From NCBI GenBank assembly GCA_020891255.1, contig BQFW01000002.1:3720001-3784000 (forward strand): a stretch of DNA of 64,000 nucleotides, in the 5' to 3' direction. Shown piece after piece: positions 1 through 12,349 of this stretch. The translations under genes were made by a program, and so were the position numbers. Position 1 is the stretch's first letter. The number at the start of each line of letters is the position of its first letter. The notes below the pieces were generated by a model. That model was not told the origin of the DNA, did no database searches, and saw only the letters and a list, made by a program, of their open reading frames with translations. Origin of the DNA: Entomortierella parvispora E1425 (Eukaryota > Fungi > Mortierellomycota).

Positions 1-1816
1 TTCTTTTTGATCAGGAAGCTGCGAATGTCACGAGTCAGAGCCGCATCGTACCACTCTTTCTGGGAGGGAGTCAGAGGGCAGTAAATGATGTACTCTTTCT
101 TCTTTGGCAAAGAATGTTCAACTATAAAGAAGGCAGCCATGATTCATTAGTTAGCGATTCAAAAAAGTCAACATCATATTTGAACAACAGTACAAAGTAC
201 ATACCGTCAGTCTTGATACGACGGAGCAAGAAGGGCTGGAGGATTTGATGCAGAGTGGAAACCACATTGTGGCTCTTTTCCTGTCCCAAAATACGCTCCT
301 GACCTTCCTTGGCATTGATGTCTTGGAAATTAAAGAATTGCTCAAATGCATCCAGGTCCGCAAACAATTCCGGCATCAAGAAGTGGAGAAGACTCCAGAG
401 TTCTTCGAGGTTGTTCTGCAAAGGCGTTCCTGTCAACAGCATACGATTGGATGACTTGTATGTCTTGAGCTCGCGAATAAGCTTACAGTCCAAGTTCTTG
501 AGACGATGGCCTTCGTCAACAATAATGTACTTCCAATCGTATTTTTGCAAGTGCTTGCGATCCCTCATGACGACTTCGTATGTAGTGATAACGACAGGGA
601 AGCTAGAGTCCAGTTTTTTGAGCCGGTGGTTGCGAATGCGAGTTCTTTCCTCGGGATTTCCATGGTACATCACACAGGGCACATCGGGGACGAAGCTACG
701 GTACAGGAAAAAGAGAGATGAGTCAAATGAAGGAGGGGTAGCTGTCATCAATTACCCGCACTCCCAACACATGAGAGGGTCAACTTACCGCTCAAACTCT
801 GCAACCCAGTTTGAAATAGTCGAGAGGGGGCATACAACCAAGAAGGGGCCCCAGACGCCTTTTTCGTAAAGATGGGCCAAGAAGGCGATGGTTTGGAGGG
901 TCTGCACAAGGGAAAAAAAATTAGTATTTTCTAGGAGTGAACGCAATTGCTCAAAGGACATGCAACGCCTGTTTACCTTTCCGAGACCCATCTCATCGGC
1001 GAGAATTCCGTTAACACCATTTTCGTACAAACTGACCATCCACTCGACACCAGCCAATTGGTACTCGCGGAGAACTCCTCCAGTAACCAAGACAGGCTGG
1101 CGAGCAGAGATCTTGGGCTTGACCACAGGTCCCTTCTTGTTTTCGCTGACAGTATCCCCGTCAATCTTTCTCTTCTTGAGCATGTCTTCGTCCAAGTAGT
1201 CGGTAATGTTGACTCCGCGTTTCTTGGAAGTAGGGTTTGCATTTCTCTTTCTCTTTGTCGCTGTAGTGGCGGCACGGGATCCAGAACGAGTGCTCACGAC
1301 GACGACCTCCTCATCGTCCTCTTCCTGCCGATCGGTCTCTGGTCCTTCGTGGACGGCAGTCTCTTCAACAGCGGCATCTCTCTCTGCGGCCTGCTTTTGG
1401 GCAGCAAGGAGCTTCTGACCCAAGAACTTGGCGTAAATAGAGGACTTGTCGAGTACGAAGCGAATTCGTTTACGGACTTCCTCGTCTTCGCGAGTCTAGT
1501 ACGGCGTAGGAAGAAGAATGTGTCAATAGTCGGATTTTGCCACCAATCTGCATATCCACAAGGGGACTTGGCTTGATCCAGAAGTCTCAACAATCCTAGC
1601 TTACCACAACAACGGAAGGAGCAGCGGGGGTCTCCTCGACAGAAGAGGACTCGGGAGACTCGGATGAGGGCACACTGACACTCTATATGCATCAACAATC
1701 AGGGGCCAAAGTCAACACTTGGATGAGACATTGAATCAAAAGGTGAATGCACAATGCGCATGGGGGGGTGGGCATATGTCACCTACTGGGTCATTAGCAA
1801 CTTCGGGGTCGGCCAT
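1..1816 (-). CDS. IRC5: SNF2-family chromatin remodelling ATPase, HELLS/LSH/DDM1/Irc5 type; multi-exon, 3' part runs off the left edge
   Basis: Translated motifs: [32 protein letters not shown] (Walker A), [11 protein letters not shown] (DExH), [31 protein letters not shown]. Upstream micro-exons were rebuilt from GT-AG sites (ATG GCC GAC CCC at 1816, donor GTAGGT). The subfamily call comes from recalled motif similarity. Confidence 0.9.
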
Positions 1817-2739
1817 TGGCTTCTGGAACTGAATGCTAGATCCACTGGATGCAAGCAGAGCAAATGGAGGAAGCGGAGAGGAGTGGACGAAGAAGAAAAG
1901 AAGGAGTTGGTGGGACTTCGGCTCTGTTTTGTTTTTTTTGACTTTGACGCGAACAGGGGGGCAGACACTTGATTAAGGGTACATTTTGCTGTGGGAGACC
2001 CTGCTGGCTGGCATGTGTTCGGCACTGAGATACCCATTGGAGCAAGCACCTTGTTTGTGCCACGACTGACGGAAATGCAAAGGAATGTCAGTGAAGCGGG
2101 AGGGGGGGCCTTTGGTTTCGTTTCTTCTTTCTAAAGGAAGCAAGGAGAAGTGGACGGAGGATAGCACTTCATGAGTATAGTACAGGTCCTCGTAAACCAA
2201 CCGTAATCGGGCATAGTTCACTCAAGAAAGCTCCGGCTCCATTTTTTCCCTGGAGCACCTCCGCTCCTCAGCACAGGAGAGGACCGAGTGTCACCTCGTG
2301 AAGGACCGAACGTGCGTGCGCTTTGCCATAGATGAGTCTCCTTCCGTCGCATGTCCGCTTCGCTCCATTCGTTGCTTTCTTGGCCCATTCGCCTTTCTCG
2401 TTGTCTCTCTTGTCCCCCTGCTGGCACCCGGACACACAGTTTGGTCCTACCCTCACTTGCAAACATTTTTTTACGATATTGTTTTTTTTTTTTTTTTTTC
2501 TTTTCCTTTTTTCTTTCAATCCTCAAACTGCCCATCCTTCCATTGTTCGTTCTGTCTCTCGTCTGCATCCACTTTATCTTATTCCCGTCCATTCCCATCT
2601 TCCTCCATCCTTCACTCCTTCCACTACCCTACCTATTCCCTAGTGTTTCTTCTTCCCTTCATCCGGGACCACATCCTCCACACCATCTCTCACTCGCAAT
2701 TCTCCCCCCAGCAACGCTGATCCCCTTGCAGATCGAGGC

Positions 2740-4177
2740 ATGGAGCCTCAGGATCAGCCCTCTCACCTCCATCCGGGACCAGGACTGACGCCAACACTGG
2801 CCCAGAGTCATCGGTCTGGCCATGCTGAACAGCTCTCTTCCAGTGCTGGTTCTGGTGCTGTGAGCGACCACAACCCCCAAGAATCTGAACCCTCGTCACC
2901 TCTCCACAAACCGGCGCCTGCAACCTCTACGACACCTAGCACCGTTACCCCACATGGATCCACTGCCAGCCGTCCCCTCCCGTCTTCCTCTCTACCCAAC
3001 TCACCTCCTCCGTCACCACTACCTCCGCGCTTGGCAGGCACTCCCCCAACAAACCCACCGCCCCGGTTCTTTACCAGACCTTACAGACGCCCTTTGGATC
3101 ATCATCATACTCACCATGGTTCTGTTCATGGACCAGGCCATGGCAGCGGACAGAACAGTTCTAGTATTGGTGTCCGGTCAGCATTCAAGGACTTTGTGGT
3201 ACCAGCACAGATCATCCTCTTCTGCTCGATCCTTAATGCACTTTGGCCTACCTTACTGCGGATCGTGACTACAACCGTGGAGTTCTTGGTCCTGGTGCTG
3301 TCCTCGTACTATGCTTGTGCCAGGCGCAGCGACGACTGTTACTTTCTGGAGCCCCTTCTGAACGACGGACAAGAGGCCATCTATGTGGGGACTATCCAAT
3401 GGACCCTACGCACGGTATTCTGTGCCCTGTTCCTGAGCGGATTGATTTTCGCTGGCAGAAAGATTGAGAGGGTACGAACTGAATTGCATGCTACACAAGG
3501 GTGGAAAAGGGTACCAGCAGTTGTTTACACTTTTGTTTTGTTTTGTCTTGTCCCTGGGAACAAGAGAGGATACCTCCGACTCCTCTGTTCCCCAGAGGCC
3601 GACTGACAGGACAGGAAGTGCGGGCGACAATGGATGCCCAATGGCCGTCTCTGGACTGAAGAAGAAAAAAAGATATTTTTTTTTATTGACTGATCGGTTG
3701 TTTTATGCTCTGACACATATGCGGCGTTGCACTTGTTTATTGCACTCTTTTAGATCTGGTCCACTCTGGTGAGCAACCGACAACGGCCAAGATCTTTCTG
3801 GAGTCCAGACAATATCTGGGGCTGGTTCATGACCTATCCCAACGCACTTTGGGCCTACATGGAGCGTGTGTTCCCTTGGAAGGTGACACGTTCTGCCCAG
3901 ACACGGTCCGGTTCAGGTCAGCGGCACCATCGGAAAGCAAGCTCAACATCATCTACTGCACCACGCCACCTGGACCAATTACGTCCCACCTCGCCCAAGG
4001 ACAGAGCCGCAAGCGCCCTGTCCTCGGGCTTTGGTCATATTTATTCTCGCAAAATGGCACCTTCGAGCTCTGCTGTGGACACGGACGCTTACTCTGCTGG
4101 ATCTGGATCCGAAGCAAGACCGAAGTCAAAGTCTAAAAAGAAGTCAAAGAACACAGAAGAGAACCAACAACTACAGC

Positions 4178-4226
<49 letters not shown>

Positions 4227-6768
4227 GCCACAACCACAAAAAGACACCGAAGTACCAACCACCGTATCAACCCGAGCAACAGCAAATGGCAATGGCTCTG
4301 AATCGACAACCACTCGCCTCACAGAGGCAACTGTAACACCAACCAAAACCTCATCGAACGAGGAACGAGCTGTTGACACTGTCACCACGGTATCCAATAC
4401 GGTCTATGAAACTGCAGAGGATGATGATTTCATCTCTACCCAGGACAGACGACGAAGGAAAAGAGCCCAAAGAGTGAGCTCGGCCTCTGCTTTAACAGAA
4501 TCGTTGCCAAAAGTAGGTCTACAGAATGTATCTTGACCTTGACAGGTCATGTAGTGACGCATGTGGCCCAGTACTTACCAACTCTTTTTTGCATCATTCT
4601 AGCCGTCCACTACTTCTCGAGAAATAGAGCCAAAGTCTGCACAAATACCAGGGTCGACCAGCTCATCTCCTATTACCTCCAACACCTCAAAAGAGACGCT
4701 GCCTCCACAGCCGCCAACAGGGGGCCACCCTGCGGAGCAGCGTCAATACACTGTACAACAATCAGGGCAACCCCAGACACCCACAAAGGCTACAAGAGAG
4801 CCAAAAGCGGCTGTGGCGGCCCCATCCACCCAGCCTTCAAAGAAGAAAGACGTCAGTTTTAATACTCTGGAGACGACCTTTCAACACCCTATTCACGCCT
4901 TGAATTCCACAAGTCAAATTGTCCGTCTGAAGCCTACTCACAAGCGTTCACAGTCTGCTCAACTCCCTTCCTTGACAGCATGGAGCACACACTCGGGAAC
5001 AAGTCAAACCAAGACAGGACAAAACTCGGCATTGAGCAAAGTTAGTTTGCCTACTGAAACAGCCACTAAAGAATCGCCGATGAGCCCATCAACAACCAGC
5101 GGTGACGCATCCAACTCTACGGAATCAAAAGGATATGATCTTTTTGGACAGTCCTCCATCTGGTACTCACCCTTCCAGTCTGGTCTCGACATCACGATCG
5201 AGAGCGACCATGAGCATGGAAAGCACGGATCACGTTCGTTGGCTAGACCCAGGATTCAAATTGATGGCCCTGGCTCCAACAAGTCAAATCGACCTAACCT
5301 TGGATATCTTCCGGCCTCTTCGTTCTTTGAATCGTCGCCGAGAACACCGAGAATCATGCCTTTTAGTCAACACCACAGCAACAACCAATCTCCAGGGTTT
5401 GGGCTGGAGGATTGGTCCGTACGAACCAGATCGTCTTCTATTGCCGCACCGCTGACACCGCTATTGGAATCGGATTGTATGGACCCCATGGATTATTTTG
5501 GAGGAAGTCGAAGTGCCTGTAATAGCCGCAGAGGCTCTGTCGAGAACAACCTGACAGAATCCCTCCTCTCAGGAAGAGCAAGGATGTTTGCCTCCTCAGG
5601 ACTGGATATCAACTCTTCGCAAGGATCTGAGCAGCCATCTCTGACTCGATCTCATCAGCACTCGCTCTCGGACGGCAACTTTTTGTCTCCTCAGTTTTCA
5701 ACTTCCATAATCTCCACCAATTCAACTGGATTGTCACCTTTGGACACTCAGCCTCTTGGAACATCTAGCTTGATCTCCCATCCTCTTCCACCAGTATCCT
5801 CCTCCTCAACGTTCTTACCAGTGGATGATGACGCGGATGTGGCACCTGTTTTCGTGAACCCCTGGGAGTCCAATTATCCATACCGATCGACGCACACTAT
5901 GTCCGAGACGTTTTTGCCTTTCAACACACCCACTCTACCGCCTCTCCCAGAATCTGGTGATCCTACGGATGAGCAGGATCGACAAACGAGCCTGCTGAGT
6001 CTTATGAATGGGAGCTCCAGCAGCAGTGGACGTGCTAGTGCGCGTGGTAGTTTTGACGTTGGTAATAGTCTGGGCAATTTTGAACCGAGCACGGGCAGCT
6101 CCATAACTGAGGACGAGAAGGCTGCTATCAGGAGGGGATTTATGTTCCCGAACATTGGCGCAATGGCTCTCGGGCCGGCAGACAAACCGGCGTTCCGGCC
6201 ATTCGCCTCTTTGGAGATGTCCTTGGCCGCAGCAGCCAATCAACCTCCGCCCCTCACAGACGAGCCCCGTTACGACTCTGTAGAGTTGACGATGAAGGAC
6301 TTCCCAACAAGGAGACGCGGGCCGAAACACGATGACTCGGGACGTACTGAATCAGGCGAGAAGAAACCCAAGGAGAGGCACCGTCGTGCGCGTTCTGGCC
6401 ATCACAAGTCGGCCTCACTGGGTTCTTTCTTCCCACCTATCACGCCGCCCTCTGGACTTTCCGAGAATTCCACTCCTGGTATCCAGGGCAATTCCGGTGG
6501 AACCATCGACCCCCTGAGCCGACTCCCCAATCATCACGGCCATGGTCCATCAAAACTAGGGCGGCATCATCATCATTCTCCAAGTGGATCAGGCAGCAAA
6601 GACGGGGATCTGAATGGACACGGATCTGGCTCGTCATCATCTAGTAGACGTCGAGCAACAGGTGCATCAGATCACGAAGGCCACTATAAAGGAAATGGTG
6701 GTAGGCACCATTATCGCCAGGACTCGGCGACAACCAAGCCCAAGAGGAAGCCAGTGAGCCCTGAATAA
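2740..6768 (+). CDS. Uncharacterised ~1230-aa protein with 2-3 N-terminal hydrophobic (TM-like) segments and a long Ser/Thr/Gln-rich disordered region
   Basis: Exons 2740-3510, 3754-4512 and 4603-6768 join in phase 0 without stops. The first donor (GTACCA) is weak. Hydrophobic segments include AQIILFCSILNALWPTLLRIVTTTVEFLVLVLSSYY and WTLRTVFCALFLSGLIFAG. Confidence 0.72.
4175..4227 (+). repeat. (CAA)n coding microsatellite encoding a ~18-residue polyQ run
   Basis: Near-perfect CAA run read directly from the sequence, in frame in exon 2 of the 2740 gene. Confidence 0.95.
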
Positions 6769-6980
6769 ATGACATTTTGGTCTTCAGATGCATGGAAGAC
6801 AGACAGCCACCCAAAATTTTAGACCGTCACAGTGTTTTGATTTTTGCTTTGAAAAAAAAAAAGAAAAAAAAGAAACGAGGCCACGGTGGCGCTCCATGCA
6901 GTGACCTTGACAACCATCTGTGCCTTGACATCCATTGCATTTCCCCATTCCCTCAGTCACTCTCCATCTCATTTCACATC

Positions 6981-9977
6981 ATGGCCAGGCCTGCAAAGAA
7001 AGCACAGCCGACTGGCAAGAATGCCAAGGCTTCCGCAAAGGGTGCACCCAAGAAGAAGGTACACCCACAGCTACTTCTTCCTTCCCTCCTTCTCTTTCCT
7101 GTATCGACCGCTCATGTTTGCTGAAGGCCCTTCCCTTGATCTAACCTCCCTCCCTCCCTTTCTCTCTCTCTTTAACTTGACTCATATTTTCTCAGCCAAC
7201 CAACAACAAGAAGGAAAAGCAGGAAAAGCAGATCAAAGTCCCCAAGGTTGTTGTCCCCAACTTTGAAGTCTCGGAAGAGGTTGATATTGATGACGAGGAT
7301 ATCGAGTTTTTCAGAGAGCACGGTCAGATGTCTGGCTTCTTGAGCAAGATGGACACTGTCAAGCTTGCAAAGTAATTATTCTTGCATTGAGATTACAACA
7401 TTTGGAACTTTACCCTTACTAACATGGCCTCCTCTTATGCACTCCAGGAACGAGATTATCAAAGCCAGGAAGAAGACAACTGCCGGGAACCTCAAGCAAG
7501 GACCTATCACACAAACAGCGGATGATCTCCCTTCAGACGATGATTCAGCCGACAGCGACTTGGAGGGCATGGATATTGATATGGAGGATGATAGCGACGA
7601 GCCTCTCTCTTCAGAAGAATCAGATCTGGATCAGGATTACGACAGTGACTCGGACGAGGAACAGGATTACGAACAGGCTCCTCGTAGCGCTGAGGGTTGG
7701 TTGGAGAAGGGAAGCACACGTCTTCCCATCAAATTGGCCGATGGTCGTATCAAGGAGGTCAAAGATGATCGAGTGCGTCCCAGCGAAGTGAAGGAAGCTG
7801 AGCCCGAGGAGGTCGTCGACAGTGACTTTGCTGAGGAAGAAGAGGAGGAGGAGGAAGAGGAGGAAGAAGAGAAGAAGGAGGTCGTGGAGGAAAAGAAGCT
7901 CCCTAAGAAGGTCCTCTTGGCCAAGAAGAAGGAAGAGTTGGCCACTATTGCCCAGACCGTCATTGCCAATCCTGAGGAGAACGTAAGCCATATTTTTTTC
8001 TTCGAATTGTTGCATCTATGGAAGGTTGCTTGTGTGGCTAACCCTGTTTTCTTTTACTTTTTTTTTCATAGGTCGGACAATTGAAGAAGCTCAGAGCTTT
8101 GGCCCAAGATCCCAGTGATGTTATTAAGAAGTTGGCGCTTTTGACCCAATTGGCTGTGTACAAGGATATTCTTCCAGGATACAGGATTCGCCCATTGTCT
8201 GAGAAGGAGCAGAACGTGACAGTGTCCAAGGAGGTCGCCAAGCTCCGTGACTATGAACAATCGCTCCTCACAAACTACCAACACTACCTTCAGTCCTTGG
8301 AGACGATCTTGAGCCAGGACAAATCGGGCAAGGAAGACGATGAAGCGCCCGTTGAATCAGCTGCCGGTACTGCTTCTTTGACAGCACCGGCTTCCACCCC
8401 AGGTGCCACCGCAGAATCGGATGCATCAAAGAAGGCCAAGGCCGATCTTGCCACCGTTGCTATCCACTGCATGTGCAACCTGTTGACAAGCGTCACCCAC
8501 TTCAACTTCCGTCTCAACTTGATGACAGCCTTGATCGCCCGTATGAGTCGTCGTCGCTGGAGTGAGCTTTCTGAGACCTGTAGCAAAGCTTTGAAGGACG
8601 TGTTTGCTGACGACGAGTCCGGCGAGGTTTCTCTGGATGCCGTCAAGTTGATCACAAAGATGATCAAGTCAAAGTCATACCTGGTTCACCCCAACGTGAT
8701 TAGCGCGTTCCTTACCCTCCGCCTCAAGGAGGAGCTCCCCACGCGTCAGAACGGAGATGACGACAACTCACGGAAACGCAAGAAGAAGGAGAAGGTCCAC
8801 ATCAGTAAGAAGAACAGGAAGCTTCTCAAGGCCAAGAAGGAGGTCGAGGTTGAAATGAAGGAAGCTGAGGCTGTCGTTGACAAGGAGGAGAAGATGCGTA
8901 TGCAGACCGAGACGCTGAAGTTGGTGTTTATTACCTATTTCCGTATTCTGAAGCACGCCCCTGGATCACCCTTGTTGCCTGCTGTGTTGGAGGGTCTTGC
9001 CAAGTAAGAGATTGCACAAATATCTCGTTGTTTTATGAATGGGTTCTGAACCACGTTACTGACTTATAATTCCTACTCCATGACTAGATTCGCACATTTG
9101 ATCAACGTCGACTTTTTCACGGATTTGCTTGAAGTTCTCAAGAAGATTATGGTCGGCGGACCTGATAACCAGCACTTTGACACCTACACAGCCGCTCACC
9201 GCAGAACACAACTTTTGTGCATCGTTTGTGCATTCCAGTTGTTGCAGGGACAGGGCGAGGCCTTGAACATTGATCTGAAGGCCTTCTACAATGAATTTTA
9301 TACCTCACTGTTGACAGTGGCCATGAACCCAGATATCGAGGGCGATATCTTTGAGGCCGCCGAGGCTTCTGCCAAGGAGAAGGAGAAGCAAAAGTTGGCA
9401 GCCAAGAACCAATGGAAGGGCAAGAACTCCAAGAAGGCAGTGCTCGAGGACGAGCCCTTGGTTCTTTTGGCCAGTGATCGGGAGTTGATTCTCAAGGGAT
9501 TCGAGTTGTTGTTCTTCTCAACCAAGGGCAAGATCCCCGTCGTCCGATCGGCCTCTTTCTTGAAGAGAATCGCCATTGCCTCATTACAGTTCCCCAACCG
9601 GTCGATGAAGGACTTTTTGGCAATTATGAAGAAGTTGGTCCAGAAGCAGCCCCAATTGGACCAATTGTTGACAGGATCTGACGAAGACCGTGCCGGTAAC
9701 GGTGTCTACCATGCAACGTTGAATGACCCAGAGTTGTGCAATCCTATGGCGGCCAGTTTGTGGGAGTTTGAACTTATGAAGGTATGGAAATTGCATTGTT
9801 GCCGATTCCATGGCTTCCACAGCCGAACATTGAAACATGAAATACTAATCCAAAGTCCTTCCCTCTTTAATATCACAGTCCCACTTTGACCCCAAGGTCC
9901 GCTCCATGGCTCGCGAACTTGCTGCGTTCACACCAAGCGCAGGCTTGCGGACACACGATCGCACCATCAACAAATAG
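6981..9977 (+). CDS. NOC3: Nucleolar complex protein 3 (NOC3/CBF domain), 60S biogenesis; ~6 exons
   Basis: Basic and acidic N-terminus; KLALLTQLAVYKDILPGYRIRPL, HFNFRLNL, FAHLINVDFFTDLL and GNGVYHATLNDPELCNP motifs. The last exon SHFDPKVRSM... ends in TAG at 9975-9977. GT-AG introns restore the frame. Confidence 0.92.
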
Positions 9978-10511
9978 ACAATTAGACCCTCGAGTCGTTC
10001 TGTGAATGTACAATATTTTATCGGATTAGCATCATCAACGGCAGAACTCCTCCCAATTCCATCACCAAGGCATAGAACATAAAAAAGTACCCATTTATCC
10101 AACATTTTCAAGATGAAGATATGATGAGTGTTGGAATCCCTGGCCCTGTTCTTGATAGGCGCTGGTAGTTCTTTTTGATGCAAGCAAAACAGCGACACCG
10201 ACACGTATGTCGGGAGTGCAGATACGCCATTGTGAGATTCGGGTGCGCTATGTCGAGGGTAAAGATAAGGCACGTCATGGCAGGGATGTATTGTACGCCA
10301 TGGCAAGGAAGTAGGTCGCCATGGCAGCGGGTTGCAGGCACGCCAATGGCAGACATGAAAGTCGAAGACTGAAGATCAGTGTCGCCCCTTAATTTAATGC
10401 CAATGCCTTTAAATATTGGCGTGGTCGGGGTTGACTGTGCTCCTTCTCTATTTGAAAGCATTTCTTACAAGTAATGACCGTCACCTTGCAGCCATGATGC
10501 ATCCATCACAA

Positions 10512-10660
10512 CCCTGGACCATCCATCCATCCATCAGTCATCGTCAGCTGCGAGGGAGACTGCAAGCATGGACTTCACGGACTATCTGCGTCAACTCGGG
10601 ATGGGAGCTTGTTTGGACCAGGGCAACATCTCTGAGATCAGTTTGATCTCAAAAGATGTT
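10512..10660 (+). ncRNA. Candidate structured RNA element in the predicted RPL31 5'-UTR intron
   Basis: Manual pairings: CCCTGGACCA(10512-21)/TGGACCAGGG(10614-23) 9 of 10 bp; TCCATCC/GGATGGG; CAGTC/GACTG; and a hairpin AACATCT..TGAGATCA-GTT-TGATCTCA..AGATGTT (10625-10660). Not folded computationally. Confidence 0.4.
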
Positions 10661-10817
10661 CAACTCTCATCTTACCTCCTATTCATTCACCGCCCTTGTA
10701 CTGCCTGGACGATTGGCACTGAGCACAGGAGACTGAATCCGGAACAGACAATCACCCTTCACATCCATCTTCAATTAGTTCATCCAACTCACTGATTTAT
10801 TTTTTCTTCCCGTAGAA

Positions 10818-11512
10818 ATGGCCAAGGAATCCAAGGGTACCAAGCGTTCTACCATCCACGACGTTGTCGCTCGTGAGTACACCATTCACTTGCACAAGCA
10901 CGTTCACGGAAGGTAACGTAACAACATCTGCTTCACTCCTATGCAATATCAGGACGAGGTCGACTCTGATTATTCAGGATCTCTCAGTGATTGAATATCT
11001 GGATTGTGTTGATATCGCAGTATTTCGGTCACCTCGATGGCTCTGGCTGTTGGCAATGGCATACTGGAGCAGGCAATCTTCAACCTCACTCTTTTGTGTG
11101 CTGAAGCATGGTTTTGTTTCAGGGCAATCAGCTTTCAACTGGACCGTCAAAGTGACCGATAATTGCTGGTTCACGTCCAATCCTTGAGGCCTTTTTTTTT
11201 TTTATTCTGGCAACTCACCCCTCTTTGCTTCTTTATCCCCACAGATCCTTCAAGAAGCGTGCTCCTCACGCCATCAAGGCCATCAAGGCCTTTGCCCAGA
11301 AGACCATGGGTACCTCCGATGTCCGTGTCGACCCCAGCTTGAACAAGCAGATCTGGTCCAAGGGTATCAAGACCGTCCAGCACCGCATCCGCGTCCGCTT
11401 GTCTCGCAAGCGTAACGATGATGAGGAGGCCAAGGAGAAGTTGTACACCTACGTCTCGTACGTTCCCGTCACCTCCTTCAAGGGTCTCGAGACCCAGGTC
11501 TGCGAGGAATAA
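10818..11512 (+). CDS. RPL31: 60S ribosomal protein L31 (eL31); coding intron 10913-11244, plus a predicted 5'-UTR intron 10471-10815
   Basis: [32 protein letters not shown]|[42 protein letters not shown]...[12 protein letters not shown]. Strongly biased codon usage. Confidence 0.97.
10943..11168 (+). ncRNA. Candidate structured RNA element in the RPL31 coding intron
   Basis: Manual pairings: GCAATATCA(10943)/TGATATCGC(11010); CAGTATTTCGGTCAC(11018-32)/GTGACCGATAATTGCTG(11152-68); GCTCTGG/CTGGAGC hairpin capped by GCAA; CTGAAGCA/TGTTTCAG hairpin (11101-11122). Confidence 0.45.
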
Positions 11513-12349
11513 GCGGTTTCTTCAAGAAACTCCTTGTTCTCTCCTCTCTGGAAGAAAAACCCCCCACCCTTCAAGACGGAAAGAGATTTTTTATCTTAAT
11601 AAACTCTTCATCGCTTAATTTGGTTCTGACCCAACCAACGATGTAGACGACATACCATGCTGGGAAGATCCGATTCTCATTTTTTTGAGAAAAGGGTTCT
11701 CTCACATGTAAAACAATCTGGTTTTGATTCTTGATGTTGTTCCCCCTCTCTTCTCTTCCACCACTATAAAAAAATGAACTCGACAATTGCGAGGATTGAG
11801 CAAAGGGTTGGTTTCGACTCGGCCTTGAGTCTTGGCGACCTTCTCTAAGATCATGAATTGCAAATGGTACATTTTTTTGTGGAAGGGGGACAACTCTGGA
11901 ATGTATAAATGTCTGTCTACAATATCGTTTCTGTGTGAATTTGTCTTTTTGCAAATGTTGGACTCCAAGCATTCAAGGAATTGAAAAGGTAGGTGAAAGA
12001 GCAGTTGACGCGTACACTTAGGAAGAAAAACATAAAAAAATAAAATAAAGAAAAGAAAGATATTGTTCAATGACTTTTTCGTATGAATACCTGTTGGGCA
12101 CAGTTGCAATGGTTATCGACTTATCGTAGTCTGTCGGTGAGGTTGGGTCGCACTATTTCTGCCAGAAAGTCAAACATTCTCAAGGGAAGGCGCGTCGATC
12201 GACTGGTTGTCCTGTGCGTGTTGCATGCTGATGCGAGACGACAGTCACGCGCCCGCGGTTGTGGGGTCTGACCGTTGGAAGACCTGCAAGGTCTCTACCA
12301 TTCCCATTCTTTATCCTGCTCAACCTCACCCCCTTCATTCACCATCCAC

